From NCBI GenBank assembly GCA_051362555.1, contig CM120649.1:1488001-1552000 (forward strand): a DNA stretch of 64,000 nt. Reading direction: 5' to 3'. Source of the DNA: Lingula anatina. Taxonomy: Eukaryota > Animalia > Brachiopoda. The notes under the pieces are model-generated. The model was given only the letters and a program-made list of their open reading frames with translations, searched no databases and was not told the origin of the DNA. The translations under genes were made by a program, and so were the position numbers. Of this stretch, positions 14,702 through 27,593 are shown in pieces (position 1 is the first letter of the stretch; each line of letters starts with the position of its first letter).

Positions 14702-17437
14702 TGTGGTGCTAGTGCTCAACAACCTTGAGTGACCTTGACCTTTGACCTTGGTCATAACCCTGGACTTGGCTTTCACTTTAACCCTTGAACTGAACAGGAG
14801 CCTTATTCCAGACCTTATCTTTGCTCTTAATTTTGAACTTGACATTGGTCTTGACCTTAACTGACTTTGACCTGGAAATCAGCAATAACCTTGCATGCTT
14901 GGAGGTTGACCACGTTTTTTTTTTTTTTTTTTTTTTTTTAATTTGTACTTGATATTTTATTCTTATTTTACACTGCAATTACATGTATTTTGCTTCATTC
15001 TTAATTTGGTCTAAACTGAATTTTTTGCAATGCAAGTAACCCAAGTACACAGCTTATGACATGTATATGTATCTCAGTAAACAGAGTGAAATTGGGGGTA
15101 GAACTGGGAACACACGTGCACTGCTTCTCTGCACTGTAACAATCTACTGCATTTGTTAATTTGGTGCAAAACTTGGTATTTGGTGACACAAAAACTAGTT
15201 TACAGTTTTTTTATGATAACGTATGGTATATAGGAATTCGAAGTGAATGGAGCTATGATTGTTCATTGTTATTATTATCATTATTAAATACTGGAAATAG
15301 TATTGTAAGCGGCAACATGGTTATTGCTTTAACATCATTGTTAAGTATTTTTAGAAGTACTGTTTTTGTATCGGTGACAATGACGTGGCTTATTTTTCTA
15401 TTTTAATATAACTGTGGTATGGATTGTTTTATTGTTGTGACTTTAATTTGTTATTAATAACTATACTGTTGATTTTTGTACAGTGTCACTTAACTGAATT
15501 ATTTTAAGCAAAACCTATTGTGGATGATTATCTGTGTTGTATTGTTAATAATACTTTTTTTTTCTATAAAATGTAAATATTAAATTAAAATGTAATTGTT
15601 ATATTTATGTTTTATTATTTATAAGCCCTGTATTTAAACCATGAATGTCAGTATAAATACTCTCTAAAATAGATTTTTTTAGTAGTCATATCTGAAGGTT
15701 GATTTAATATGAAGAATAAGAAAGCAAGATAGCAATGATATGTAATGCTTGTTTGGAAATTTGCACAATATTTGGCATTGCACAATCTAAGTTTATCTAT
15801 GGCTTAAAACATTGTTTAATCACAATTAATTTTTTCTCTGACTTATTGTACCCAAAAAATATGCACTTTGGTAAGAATTTAGCTTGTGTACTATACTTTT
15901 TCAAAATGCTGTGTTTTTCCCTTATTTTAAGGAGCCTTGAACAACATTAGTACTTGTCAGTTTTGTTATCTAGTGAGTTCAAATAATCAATCACTGCATG
16001 TACATCTAATTAAGGAAGTGATGAAAATGAATTATAGTCTTTTCTTTTATTAATGTTAATTTATTTTACAAGGTAATGGATTGAAGCTTGCACAAGCTTG
16101 GTGGAAAAGAACATTGAAGATTTGGAGGCATTCCATAGTGACAAATCCTGCTGTTATTGTGGTGAAGCACATTGTGTTGAGACTGTCACACCTAGCACAA
16201 TTCAAATGTGATTGTTGCATTGGTCTCCGACTGTTTGATTCGAGTCGTGTGATTCCGTCTCACACGAAAAAACCCGATTTGGCTTCGGGATCGGCCAATG
16301 AGAGTCGCAGTATAATCACAACTGATTTGTTCGCTGTTTCACTTATGATACAGGGTAATCTATAATGTTGTTACAGTGATTAAAATAATGAAATAAATAT
16401 CGTGAATTGTTATATTAAATTTTGTTATACATTGTGATGTTGCATTGGTCTCTGAACTGTAATAAAATGTATCGATAAAGGTGTGAAAAATACAAAAAAG
16501 AAATGATTTTTTGTCTCAAAGAATCTATGATTGTTTACTTAAATTTGGTAGCTTTTCTTTCATGCTTTGCAGAAAAATACAAGATACCATTCAATGTTTG
16601 TTGAATGATGTAACCTCAGAAAATAAAATGTATTTCCCCTTGCACATACTGGTGTACCTATGTTTCTTATCGGGTAACTTTTTTTTTTTTTTTTTTGCAC
16701 CACAAATAAAATAACGAAAAGTCAACGAGAGTTTTGAACAATATTCTATACCACGTATCGGAACTAAGTAAATTCCATTCCATAATGACAGCTGTTTATG
16801 CTGTAATATTATACCAAGTCACCGCCATATACCAAGATTTTTCCACATACCCAAATTCAGGCAAGGCTGTTTTCATTGTTCGTGAATGACTTACAATAAA
16901 AAAAGTATTAAGAGATCAAAGGTGAAGATTCTCGCTGTCCTTGAAGGGCCGATGGAACGACAATTACATAATCCTTCTGCACGGTAAACTAATCGATGCA
17001 AAGTAGCAGTGAAAAGGTAGAAAAAAATATGGCATGGCATGGGGAGCAAAAAGTTGGAAATCTGCTGATAGTCGCAAAAAATCTCATCCCCAAAGCAGGC
17101 ATCGCTAATTACGTGTACCACTAAAACAATATGACTTTCCCTGCAGTCAATGTGGAGGTAATAGTATAGAACGAGCTTAGATTTAAAGGTGCATTAAATA
17201 TAATTTTATTAAAGCCAATAGGGAAAAAGGTATATATACAAACTGTACAGATATTTCTCTACAAATAATCATGGCATTAGAAAGAACTAAACTGCCAAAA
17301 TATCAATTATTTTATCAAAAAATGTAAATGCAAGACTTTCTGAAAAGGTTCATCAGGTTGCACTGGCTATAATATATATCCAAACTGATTTGGTTAAATT
17401 CCTACCAAGATTCTTCCCTCCAAAAAAAAAAAGATAA

Positions 17438-17480
<43 letters not shown>

Positions 17481-17645
17481 GGAATGATGTTTTGTAACCT
17501 GATTAGTCTACAGATTCAGTCAGTCATAGTTAGGTATGAGACACAATACATGAAACAAGGATGAGCCTTCCACTTAGTGAAAAAATTCTAAAACCACTAA
17601 ATGGGGTAAAGGGGGGTAAAGGGGTCACAGCAGTGATCTCTAATA

Positions 17646-17680
<35 letters not shown>

Positions 17681-17899
17681 TTGTTTACAAAATGTCAGAA
17701 ATTCGAAGTAGAAAAAAAATCTAATTTCTGCTGATATCCTTCAAATTCAAACTTGCCACTAATAATCATTTGTCCTGATTTCTTTACAAATTATGTACTG
17801 ATAAAAATTATGCAATTGCCTTTTTCACAAGAGAACAAAATTGACCAGATTTATTAATGTCTATTTTTCAAATGTGAACATGCTAGGAGATGCAGATGC

Positions 17900-18460
17900 A
17901 GCCATGAAATAAGGTGTTTTCAAGCCGCTTTCAGGGTGGCTTGACATTAACACCCCACAGTCGGTGCTGGTACTTACACTTTATAAACCTACAAAATAAC
18001 AACAAAGGCAGTCTGCTTTTCAAGTGTCACGTCACAAAGCACCACCAGTATCTACATAAACAACAACAACAACAATGGAAAAACCCACACAAAGAGAAAA
18101 ACTATATTTGTCGCAGTGAATGTTTTTACGTCCTCTCTTAGGTCATATACATCTTACAAAGTTCACAAGAACTTCAGACACATACCTTGACTAAAGACAG
18201 CCATGACTTCTTCAAGGTGTTTTCAAGCCACTGCTGTTAAGATGGCTTGACATTAACACCCCACAGGCTGTACACGTATTTACACTTTATTAACCTCCAA
18301 AATAACAACAAAGACAGACTGCTTTTCAAGGTCGCGTCACTAAGCACTACCTATGTAAACAAAAAACAGTGGAAAAACCCACACAAAGAGTAAAACTTGT
18401 ATTTGGCACAGGACTTAGTGAATGTTTTTACGTCCTCTCGTAGGTCATACAAAGTTAACG
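17900..18460. repeat. ~300-bp direct duplication
   Basis: agccatga..aaggtgttttcaagcc..ggcttgacattaacaccccacag..gaatgtttttacgtcctctc occurs at ~17900 and ~18199; a third copy is at ~58519. Confidence 0.8.
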
Positions 18461-19239
18461 TTAAGTAAGAGGTGGATGAATGTGCAGGTAACAGAAAAAT
18501 ATATTGGATAAATAGAAATTTTAGTATAATCCAACTTTTACTTAAGATTTAAACTATACAGAGTGTATTTTTACACGCATAAAAGCGTCTTTTACCTAGA
18601 CAGGTGCCATGATTTTATTCTAAAATATATATATGTGTTATCTATCTTGATATAACACTCCAATTTCAGATCATAGCCTTTCATTAAGAAGATAACAGTG
18701 AAACCTCAGTTTAGGTCAGTTGGGACATCTCAGAGGCAGCAACCTTGGGTTACCTGAAAAACTGCCTCATATAAAATCTGAATTTCAAGCAGAGACAAAT
18801 TTCTTTCAGGTGAGTAAAGACAAAATGATGCCTGTCCTCCACTTGCCCTTTTACTTTCTCCAAAACATGAGCTCGGTCTGCTTTACTAAATTCACTAGTA
18901 TTTTCATGCTTGACAGCCGCTTTCTTCAATCACTGCAGTACACCCAAACCCAATATAGAGGTGCTTTTCACATGCTGAAGTGTCAAAAAAAATAAAATTG
19001 AATGAATTCAAAGTTGTATTCAATTTTTCAAAAAAGATATATGTGTATAGAACAAAAATCTACGACTGTCTCAATTTAAATTCAAATTTTAATTTTTATT
19101 ATGTCTTTTACGTTAAGCAAAGAGTCCTAAATAGTTTTTTTAAAAATGTACGGTAACGTATGTTCCAGGTCATTGCATTTCAATTTTTATACTGCGTACC
19201 AATATATTTTGTGGTGGCTCAGTCATGGTTGATTAGACA

Positions 19240-19420
19240 TGACGTAAGGAGGTTTTTATAAATATTTAAATTGTTACTCAAGGAGGGTCCAATTCTGTTC
19301 TTTCATTACCCGGGAAAACCACTTTTTACTTCCCAGAAAGGAACGGACCCTTCACCATATAAGGCCTAATTCTGAAACACCCCATTTCTGTGACTAGTGA
19401 ACGTGGGTTTTCATTTTCTG
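19240..19420 (+). promoter_or_regulatory. Putative immune-responsive motif cluster upstream of paralog 1
   Basis: CRE-like TGACGTAA (~19240), kappaB-like GGGAAAACCA (19312-19321), GAS TTCCCAGAA (19330-19338), IRF-like GAAAATGAAAAC on the - strand (~19407-19418). Confidence 0.45.
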
Positions 19421-19462
19421 TCCCTTTTTGAAATTAAATCATCATTGATTCGTAATTTTCAG

Positions 19463-19602
19463 GGTTTTAGTGTGCATTATCAGTGAGATATATAAAGATT
19501 TATTTACTGTGATTTGTGATTTGATTATTCTATTTACCATGAACTGTGATCACTACCCCTACTCCCCAACGGGACTCTCCTTTGGGGCAGTTCAGCAATT
19601 AG
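19463..19602 (+). other. Probable 5' UTR exon of paralog 1 (homolog at ~31973-32102 for paralog 2)
   Basis: Conserved block ending cagttcagcaattag|gtaattt (paralog 2: cagttcagcaaactg|gtaattt). An acceptor lies 10 nt before each ATG, so an upstream exon is expected. 5' boundary uncertain. Confidence 0.5.
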
Positions 19603-19932
19603 GTAATTTATTATTCACGGTCACTTGTGGGTTTCAATCAACATATTAAAATTCATTGACGTGGAGCTACAAATTGCAAAATTATTGACTTATACATCAA
19701 TGTTATAATCCGGTTGTAAAAATATTGCTATGTGCACAAGTTTATACAAAAATAATTATTATTAAAAGAGTAAAAGCAAAAAATCAAAAACGAATTCATG
19801 TCATATACAATATATTAAAAGTGAATATGTATACCTTTACATATTACTTGCCCAAGGTCATAAATAACAATGAATTCTTTATTATTTATGAAATGATTGA
19901 CAAGAATTTTAATTAATTTCAGAGGTGAAACG

Positions 19933-22900
19933 ATGGCATTATCAAAACCTTTTCTCACACCTCAAATTGATGTGGAGCAAGAGAATTATCTTCGCATGAG
20001 AGTGTTTCTGGAACGTGCTACAGATGTTCTTAGAGATGTATTGACTAGAGAATTACAGAAAGCTTATCCAGGGGACTTTGACCCATCTACAGGCATATTG
20101 TATAATGTTCTGAGCATTCCAGCTGTAAGAAAAAACTTGCTTCAGTTAAGTAGGAGAAATGTTCTGAATGCAAGCCAAAAGCAGATTTTGTATCCAGCTG
20201 GGGCCCCTTCCATAACTGCAAAGGTACATGATTTTGATGTCACCTTAACTGTCCTGTTGTTAAGGAATATCACCACACTGAATCCAAGCGCCAAATGGGA
20301 CAGGCCTCCCAGCACTGACCTGTCCACAGAAGCTGACATTGGTCGAGTGAAGACATATCGAAACAACCATATGCATAGTACGGCCAGGCTTCCAGCAGCA
20401 ACATTTCAAAGTGACTTTGACGGTCTCAAGACAGTACTACTACGTCTGTCAAATATCTATACAGACCAAGACTATGACCAACTTCTCATTAAACCAATAC
20501 AATCGTCAGGTATACTGTTAAGAATTACAAACAATAAAGAATTTACTTTTTGACATGTAACTAATATATTATTACAGTTACTATAGATAATTGAAGATTA
20601 TTTATATAGGAAATTGAATATTCCCCATTTATGGCATTCCATTTGCTTCAAAAATTTGAAACGGAAAATATATATCTAAAGATAATCATATGTATTTATA
20701 AATATTATTTTTCATTTTGAAGCAAAACATATATGTGAATAAGATTTCATGCATTACCAAGGCTTTATATATTCATGAAAAAAAAAATGACCTTGAAAAT
20801 ATTTTCATGCATTTAATAACTTGAAGATTTTGGAATATAAATACTTGTTTTCAAATATGTTTTCGAATATGATTTTTTTTTTCAAATATAAAAACTTTCT
20901 TGGTGACGTCGGCAAAATGTGTGTACACAGAGCGTTCGCATTCGGGTGTACCTAATTACCGTCTACAACCGACCACTACCGTCCACATATTTTTTTGATG
21001 AATATATAAAGCCTTTGTAATTTTAATTTGGTTAGCAAGAATTGGACATGAAAATAAAAGAAAGTTGACATGCTTCTTCATATTTGTTGTCATGTTCATT
21101 GGCCACTTACATAAGTTGATTGCAAATGTTTCATCCATTGTTTCAGGAGTACCTACTGCTTGCCAACTCATGTCCGTGAACCTCCCTAGAAAAGTCAGTG
21201 ACTTTTGTGGACGAGAGGATTTGTTAACAGCGATCCAACAAAATGTTGAGAACAACTCAGATGTTTTACTTCTGACAGGAATGGGTGGCATTGGTAAAAC
21301 TAGCATAGCTGTAGAGATGGGGCATCGCATGAGTGATGAAGGTAGAAATGTTCTGTTTTTTGATATGAGGCAGGTTGAAAATCTTGATTCTGTTCAGTTA
21401 TCACTAGTTCAACAATATAATCCTCAGATATTTCTGAAAGACATATATGCTGACTGTCAGAATTTGTTTCAAAAGACTCTGTCTGATATCAAATCAGCAA
21501 CTGTAGTTATTTTTGACAACATTGATAATTTACTTAGAGACCGGACACTGAAACAGTTCTTGATATTACTTCAGGATATGTTGAAAGCATCAAAGCACAT
21601 ATCTTTAGTCTGTACCAGCCGTGAATCATTTGACCTCATGTCAGTGAAAATGGTTGAAATACATGTCCCACCTCTTGATGATAATACATCAACACAGCTC
21701 CTTTCTGCAGTAACACCTGCTCCTCCAATTGAGAAGGAAGCAGGGATATTGAAAGAAATAGCCGCTAGGTGTGGGTACTGTCCACTTGCCTTGAAATTAC
21801 TAGCTCCGCAAATTAGAGAGAAAGGAAGTTTGCGAGTACTAGAGAAAATGGAGAAAAAAGGTGTTCTTAAAGTAGCAAATAGATCTTCATTTGTAGGACT
21901 AGTGCCATGTTTTGAAATATCTTTTGAGGCAATGTCTGCCAGAGAAAAAGACCTGTTTTGTAGTCTCTATCTGTTCCCAGTGTCTTTTCATTTGAGTGAT
22001 GTTTCAAACATTCTTAAAATGGATGAGGGTGAATGTGAAGACATTTTTGATAGTCTCACATTCAAGTCTGTTGTAAATCGTGTAAGTGACCAGGTGTATG
22101 ATCTGCATCCTCTGTTAAATGCTTTTTCTGAGTCCCAAGCAATACAATTTCCTGACAAAAAATCAAATATGGAAATTTCATACTGCAAATATTATTCTGA
22201 CAGGGCAGCTACACTGGCAGTAACATTTGAATTCTCAGTTCCAAAATATTCAAATGAAACAGAAGCCATACTTCCACATTTGCTGTGCAGTGGAAATATT
22301 TTATTAAATTATCTAAGCAAATACCCTCAAGGAAGATCAACAAGCACTACTGCAATGTACAGTGATGTTGACACAGACTATGATGATTTCATACAAAGAC
22401 TACTGGCAATTGCCAAAGTAATGATAGAAGTGTATTTGTTTAATGAGTCTCTGCAGCTATTAAAAAAATTAGAAAATATTCTCCAAACTACACAAAACAG
22501 TGTGCCTCTAAAAAAACAAACCAGTATACACCGTAAGTTATCTTCAGTATACGAGTGCATTGGGAATGTTTTGCTTGGTATGAGTAAGTATGATGATGCA
22601 TTGATATATCACAAGCAAAGTCTGGAAATACGTGAAGAGCTGCTTGGAACCAAGCACATTACCACTGCTATATCATACGACAATATTGGTATGACACTAA
22701 GAGGCATGGGTCAGTTTAATGATGCAGTGCTAAGCTACATGAAATGTCTTGATATATGTAAAGAGCTTTTTGGCACGGAGCACACTGAAACTGCTGAATC
22801 ATACAACAATATTGCTGCCGTGCTACGTGAAATGGGTAAGTATGATGACGCTCTGACATATTTTAAGAAAGGTCTTGCAATAAATAAAAAGTGTTTTAGT

Positions 22901-25540
22901 ATGAAACCCACTAAAACTGCTGACTCATACAGGAAAATTGGTCGCCTGCTACAACATATGGGTAAGATTGAAGATGCATTGACTTTTCATAAGAAATGTC
23001 TTGAAATTCGTAAAGAGGTGCATGGCACCAAGCACACTGAATCTGCTGTATCATACAAAAATATTGGTCTTGCACTTCATGGTATGTGTAACTATGATGA
23101 TGCTCTGACATATTATATGAAAAGTCTTGAAATACGTGAAGAGCTGCTTGGTATTAAACACCCTGAAACTGCTGATTCGTACTGCGGTATTGGTCTACTG
23201 CTATATGACATGGGTAAGTATGATGATGCATTGACATATCATCAGAGAAGTCTTGAAATACGTGAAAAGGTGTTTGGCACCAAGCACACTGAATCTGCTG
23301 TATCATACATTAGTTTTGGTCTTGCATTTCATGGAATGGGTAAGTATGATGATGCTCTGGAATATCATATGAAAAGTATTCGAATACGTGAAGAGCTGCT
23401 TGGTACTAAACACCATGAAACTGCTGACTCATACAACAGTATTGGTGATCTGCTACGTGACATGGGTAAGTACGATGATGCATTTACATATCAAAGGAAA
23501 AGTCTTGAAATACAAGAAAAGCTGTTTGGCACCAAACACACTACAACTGCTAGATCATACAGCAGCATTGGGACTTTACTAGTTTGTATGGGTAAGTATG
23601 ATGATGCATTGATATATCATAAGAAAAGTCTTGCAATACACGAGGAGCTGCTTGGCACCGAGCACATTACAACCGCTACCTCCTACATCAGTATTGGTAT
23701 TGTACTACATGACATGGGTAAGTATGACGATGCATTGACATACCATAAGAAAGGTCTTGAAATACGTGAAAAGATGTTTGGTACCGAGCACATTAAAACT
23801 GCTGACTCATACATCAATGTTGGTAATCTGCTACTTGACAAAGGTAAGTATGATGATGCATTGAAATATCATAAGAAAAGTCTTCAAATAAGACTTAAGT
23901 TGCTTGGCACCAAACACACTGTGACTGCTGGATTATACACCAATATTGGTGGTGCACTACATCACATGCATAAGTATGATGATGCATTGGCATATTATAA
24001 GAAAAGTATTGAAATATGCAAAGTTCTGCTTGGCACTAAACATCTTGTAACTGCTGCATCATACAACAATATTGGTCTCCTACTAAATGACATGGGTAAG
24101 TATGATGATGCAATGACATATTACAATAAAAGTCTTGAAATACGTGAAGAGCTGCTTGGCACCGAGCACATTGAAACTGCTGCATCATACAACCAAATCA
24201 GCCTTGTACTACGTGACATGTGTAAATTCTCTGATGCATTTACATATCAAAAGAAAAGTCTTGAAATACACGAAGAGTTGTTTGGTACCAAACACACTAA
24301 AACTGCTCACTCATACCACAATATTGGCTTTATTCTACATGCCATGGGTAAGTATGATGACGCACTGACATATTATAAGAAAAGTCTTGCAATACGCGAA
24401 GAGCTGCTTGGTACCAAACACACTATAACTGCTGATTCATACAACAATATTGGTAATCTGCTACGTGACATGGGTAAGTACAAAGATGCATTGACATTTC
24501 AAAGGAAAAGTCTTAAAATACGAGAAAAGCTGCTAGGCACCAAACACACTACAACTGCTAGATCATACAACAGTATTGGTAATCTTCTAGCTGGCATGGG
24601 TAAGTATGATGATGCATTGACATATCACAAGAAAGGTCTTGAAATATGTGAAGAGCTGCTTGGCACTGAGCACATCGATACTGCTACCTCATACAACAAT
24701 GTTGGTGCTACCCTAAATGGCATGGGTAAGTATGATGATGCATTGACATATCACAAGAAAGGTCTTGAAATACGTGAAGGGCTGCCTGGCACTGAGCACC
24801 CTGATACTGCTGACGCAAACAACAATATTGGTCACCTTCTACATGACATGGGTAAGTTTGATGATGCAATGGTATATCTTAGAAAAAGTCTTAAATTACG
24901 TGAAGTGGTGCTTGGTACCCAACACGCTGAAACTGCTGAATCATATGATAAAGTTGGTGCTGTACTATGTGACATGGGAAGGTATGACGATGCACTGACG
25001 TATCACAAAAAAAGTCTTGAAATACGTGAAGAGCTGCTTGGGACCAAACACACTACAACTGCTGACTCATACAACAGAATTGGTGTTGTACTACATGACT
25101 TGGGTAGGTATGATGATGCACTGAAATATCACAAAAAAAGTCTTGAAATATGTGAAGAGCTGCTTGAATACACTGACATTGCTCGCTCATACTGCAATAT
25201 TGGTGCTGCACTACATAGCCTGCATAAGTGTTCAGAGTCTCTTAAATACTTGAAGAAAAGTATTGATATATATGAAACTCAACTTGGTGTCAAGCATGTT
25301 AAAACAGCTTCTTGTTACCTATATATTGGAACAATTTTGGTAGAAGTTAAGTTGTACAGAGATGGAGTTCTTTATTTGAAGAAATGTGCATCAGTTCAAG
25401 AAGAGTTACTTGGTGTCACCCATCAACATACAATAGAAGCATGTAAAATGGTTGGTTCTGTTTTGATAATAATGGGGCAATTTTCAGAAGCAACCAAGTA
25501 CTTCCAAAAAATTAACTGGAACATTGCCATTATTTTTTAG
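19933..25540 (+). CDS. HEPN(DZIP3-like)-STAND NTPase-TPR protein, paralog 1; exons 19933-20509 and 21147-25540; ~1656 aa, ~24 TPRs
   Basis: Exon 1: DFDVTLTVLLLRNI..KWDRPPSTDLSTEADIGRVKTYRNNHMH (Rx4H). Phase-1 intron TCAG|gtatac..tttcag|GA. Exon 2: FCGREDLL, Walker A GMGGIGKTS, Walker B VVIFDNID, sensor-1 LVCTSR, GLPL-like CGYCPLAL, MHD-like YDLHPLL, then 126-nt (42-aa) repeats TAxSYxxIGxxLxxMGKYDDALTYHKKSLEIREELLGTKH. Confidence 0.9.
20755..21020. mobile_element. Inverted-repeat-flanked insertion in the paralog 1 intron
   Basis: ttaccaaggctttatatattcatgaaaaaa pairs with tttttgatgaatatataaagcctttgtaa; not present in the paralog 2 or 3 introns. Confidence 0.5.
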
Positions 25541-27593
25541 ACTTTTCACCCCCCTAAACGCCATGTGGAATTAGGAACGATGCATATATATTAAGCTATA
25601 GAAGCCCAAACAAGATTCAAATATAGATTTTAATAAAATGTGAATATAAACAAATCTGTAAAAAAATATATATCTATATATTGGGTGGAAATTGCCCAAG
25701 AAAATCTTATAAATGACATCAACACAACTGAGTTGAAGATATACCTAGTTCTACGTACACACGCCCATGTCTGCTTTCAAGAGATTGATGACCCTGAACT
25801 TGTACAATGACAGCTTCATTACATGTAAGCATGTGTGCGTGCGTGTGTGCATTTGTTTATGGGTGTTTGGAAGTGTTCCCTTTTTTACTGGAAGAATAAG
25901 AGATTAATATCATATTCCCATTTTAAACAAGTCTCACTAAAATAAGAAAGAGAAAAAACCTGAGAGGTAGGATCAACTTGTAACTTATTTCAAGTGCTTT
26001 GATGGCTTTCCTTTCCTGAATATCAATGTAATCTTGGACAAATAGCTGTACAGAAAATATTAATTAGTTTGTATTTGGAATATTTTTGCTATAAAAACTA
26101 CTAGTATAACATATATGACATTAATCCCATACTTTGAACAAAGAGATAATTGCAATAAGCTTGAATTTCATTTACACACTTGCCTGTATTTTGCTTTGCT
26201 TTGGTGGTTCAAATTATTGCTCTAAGTGCCAATCCTGGGATAAGTCACAACTAATGGTTGCCCACCATAAATGACATACATGTACAAGAACAAATTACGT
26301 CATTTATCAACTATGTCTTGGCTGCACCACTTAGCAATGACGTTCTTGTATGTTGCATACGGTGGATGACTTGTGCATCAGTTGTAACTGATAAATAATG
26401 GATGTTGTATTTTTGACAGCATCAAGGTATTGTTTGTCATGAAGCTGTATTAAGGATTATTTATATTGATATACTCAATGTTATATAATTTCTGTATATA
26501 TTTTATATCTAAAGACATCTAAAATATTTGAAATACTGATAGCACGGTATTGGTATTCCGTGAAAATTAATTTTATTATATTCCCTGAGATGGACCGAGG
26601 ACCATGATAATATTATTATTAAGTCATGAGTTTTGCAATTCCAATATGAATTACGGTTATGACTGGTTCTTTTCAAAGGGAAAAATATGAAAGTTTACAG
26701 ATACTCCATTTCTTTAAGTCATAAATACTCAAAACATTCCTAGTGAGTGGTAGCAACAAAACTGTAAAGCTGGCCACTTTATAGTTTTATTCTAAACAGT
26801 AAAACATCACAAATGCTACAAAGATTTTTTAATGATTTCAAAATTGTGTATCTGAAAGATTCATACTTTTACTTTATTGAAAAGAATGCACAAGTACTGT
26901 TTTTGTGATTAATCCAGTGTCATTATAATACTATATAACCCAGCTCTATGAATTATATATTAAAAGATAGCGGAAATGTCTGAATTTCTACTAGATGCAG
27001 TATTGTTTAGAGACAAATTATATATTCTCTTAAATATGAAAGATAAAATTTATTAGTTTACGATGCATATTCCACAATATCTTCAGAAAATATATCAAAT
27101 ACTGTTGGATGGCACGTTATTGAAAGATAAATGCCATTATACATAACATGCTGATATTATTAAATGTGGCAAGTTAAACACCTAATAATGATGAGTTATT
27201 TCAATCTCATTGTACTGTTATTAACTCTCAGTGATGTAAACAATTATAAAGTGTTGCACTAGACAACTGTTGCATTGTGATATTATAAAACTAATAATAA
27301 ATTATAAAAGTAAAACAAAATTGTTGTTGTGTATTTCTTAAAAACTACACTCCCCTATTAGTTTCATGTTAATCAACGCAAAAAAAAATGGTATTTCAAG
27401 ACAATCAACTTTACCGGATGTACTATTTTAATACATTATTGGCTTATCCAGCTGTGACAAAGGCTATAGTGGTAGTATGTATAAGAAACAATGCATGTTT
27501 TCACACTGTTTATTAAATGAGAAATGGTACACATGGAAAAAACAAGATGGAAATGCACACACACCCACACACAGTTAGTACTACTTAACTTAC

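Noticed and set aside
14522-14978. Lys/Val-rich - strand ORFs
   Set aside because: They arise from degenerate TGACCT repeats and poly-T in the ANKMY1 3' UTR.
20142-20366. Conserved antisense ORF (also 32609-32833 and 49153-49377)
   Set aside because: A shadow of the highly conserved HEPN exon with no independent evidence.
21065-21146. ORF-track N-terminal extensions (also 19897-19932 and 50657-50729)
   Set aside because: They are intronic sequence upstream of clear AG acceptors; the last one starts inside the Tc1 remnant.
22535-25200. Regular conserved/variable 126-nt repeats as a CRISPR-like array
   Set aside because: They are in-frame coding TPR units, homologous along their whole length, in a spliced eukaryotic gene.
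21147-25540. Nephrocystin-3 or kinesin light chain ortholog
   Set aside because: The similarity is limited to generic 42-aa TPRs. The HEPN exon, the single giant exon and the tandem paralogs do not fit either gene.
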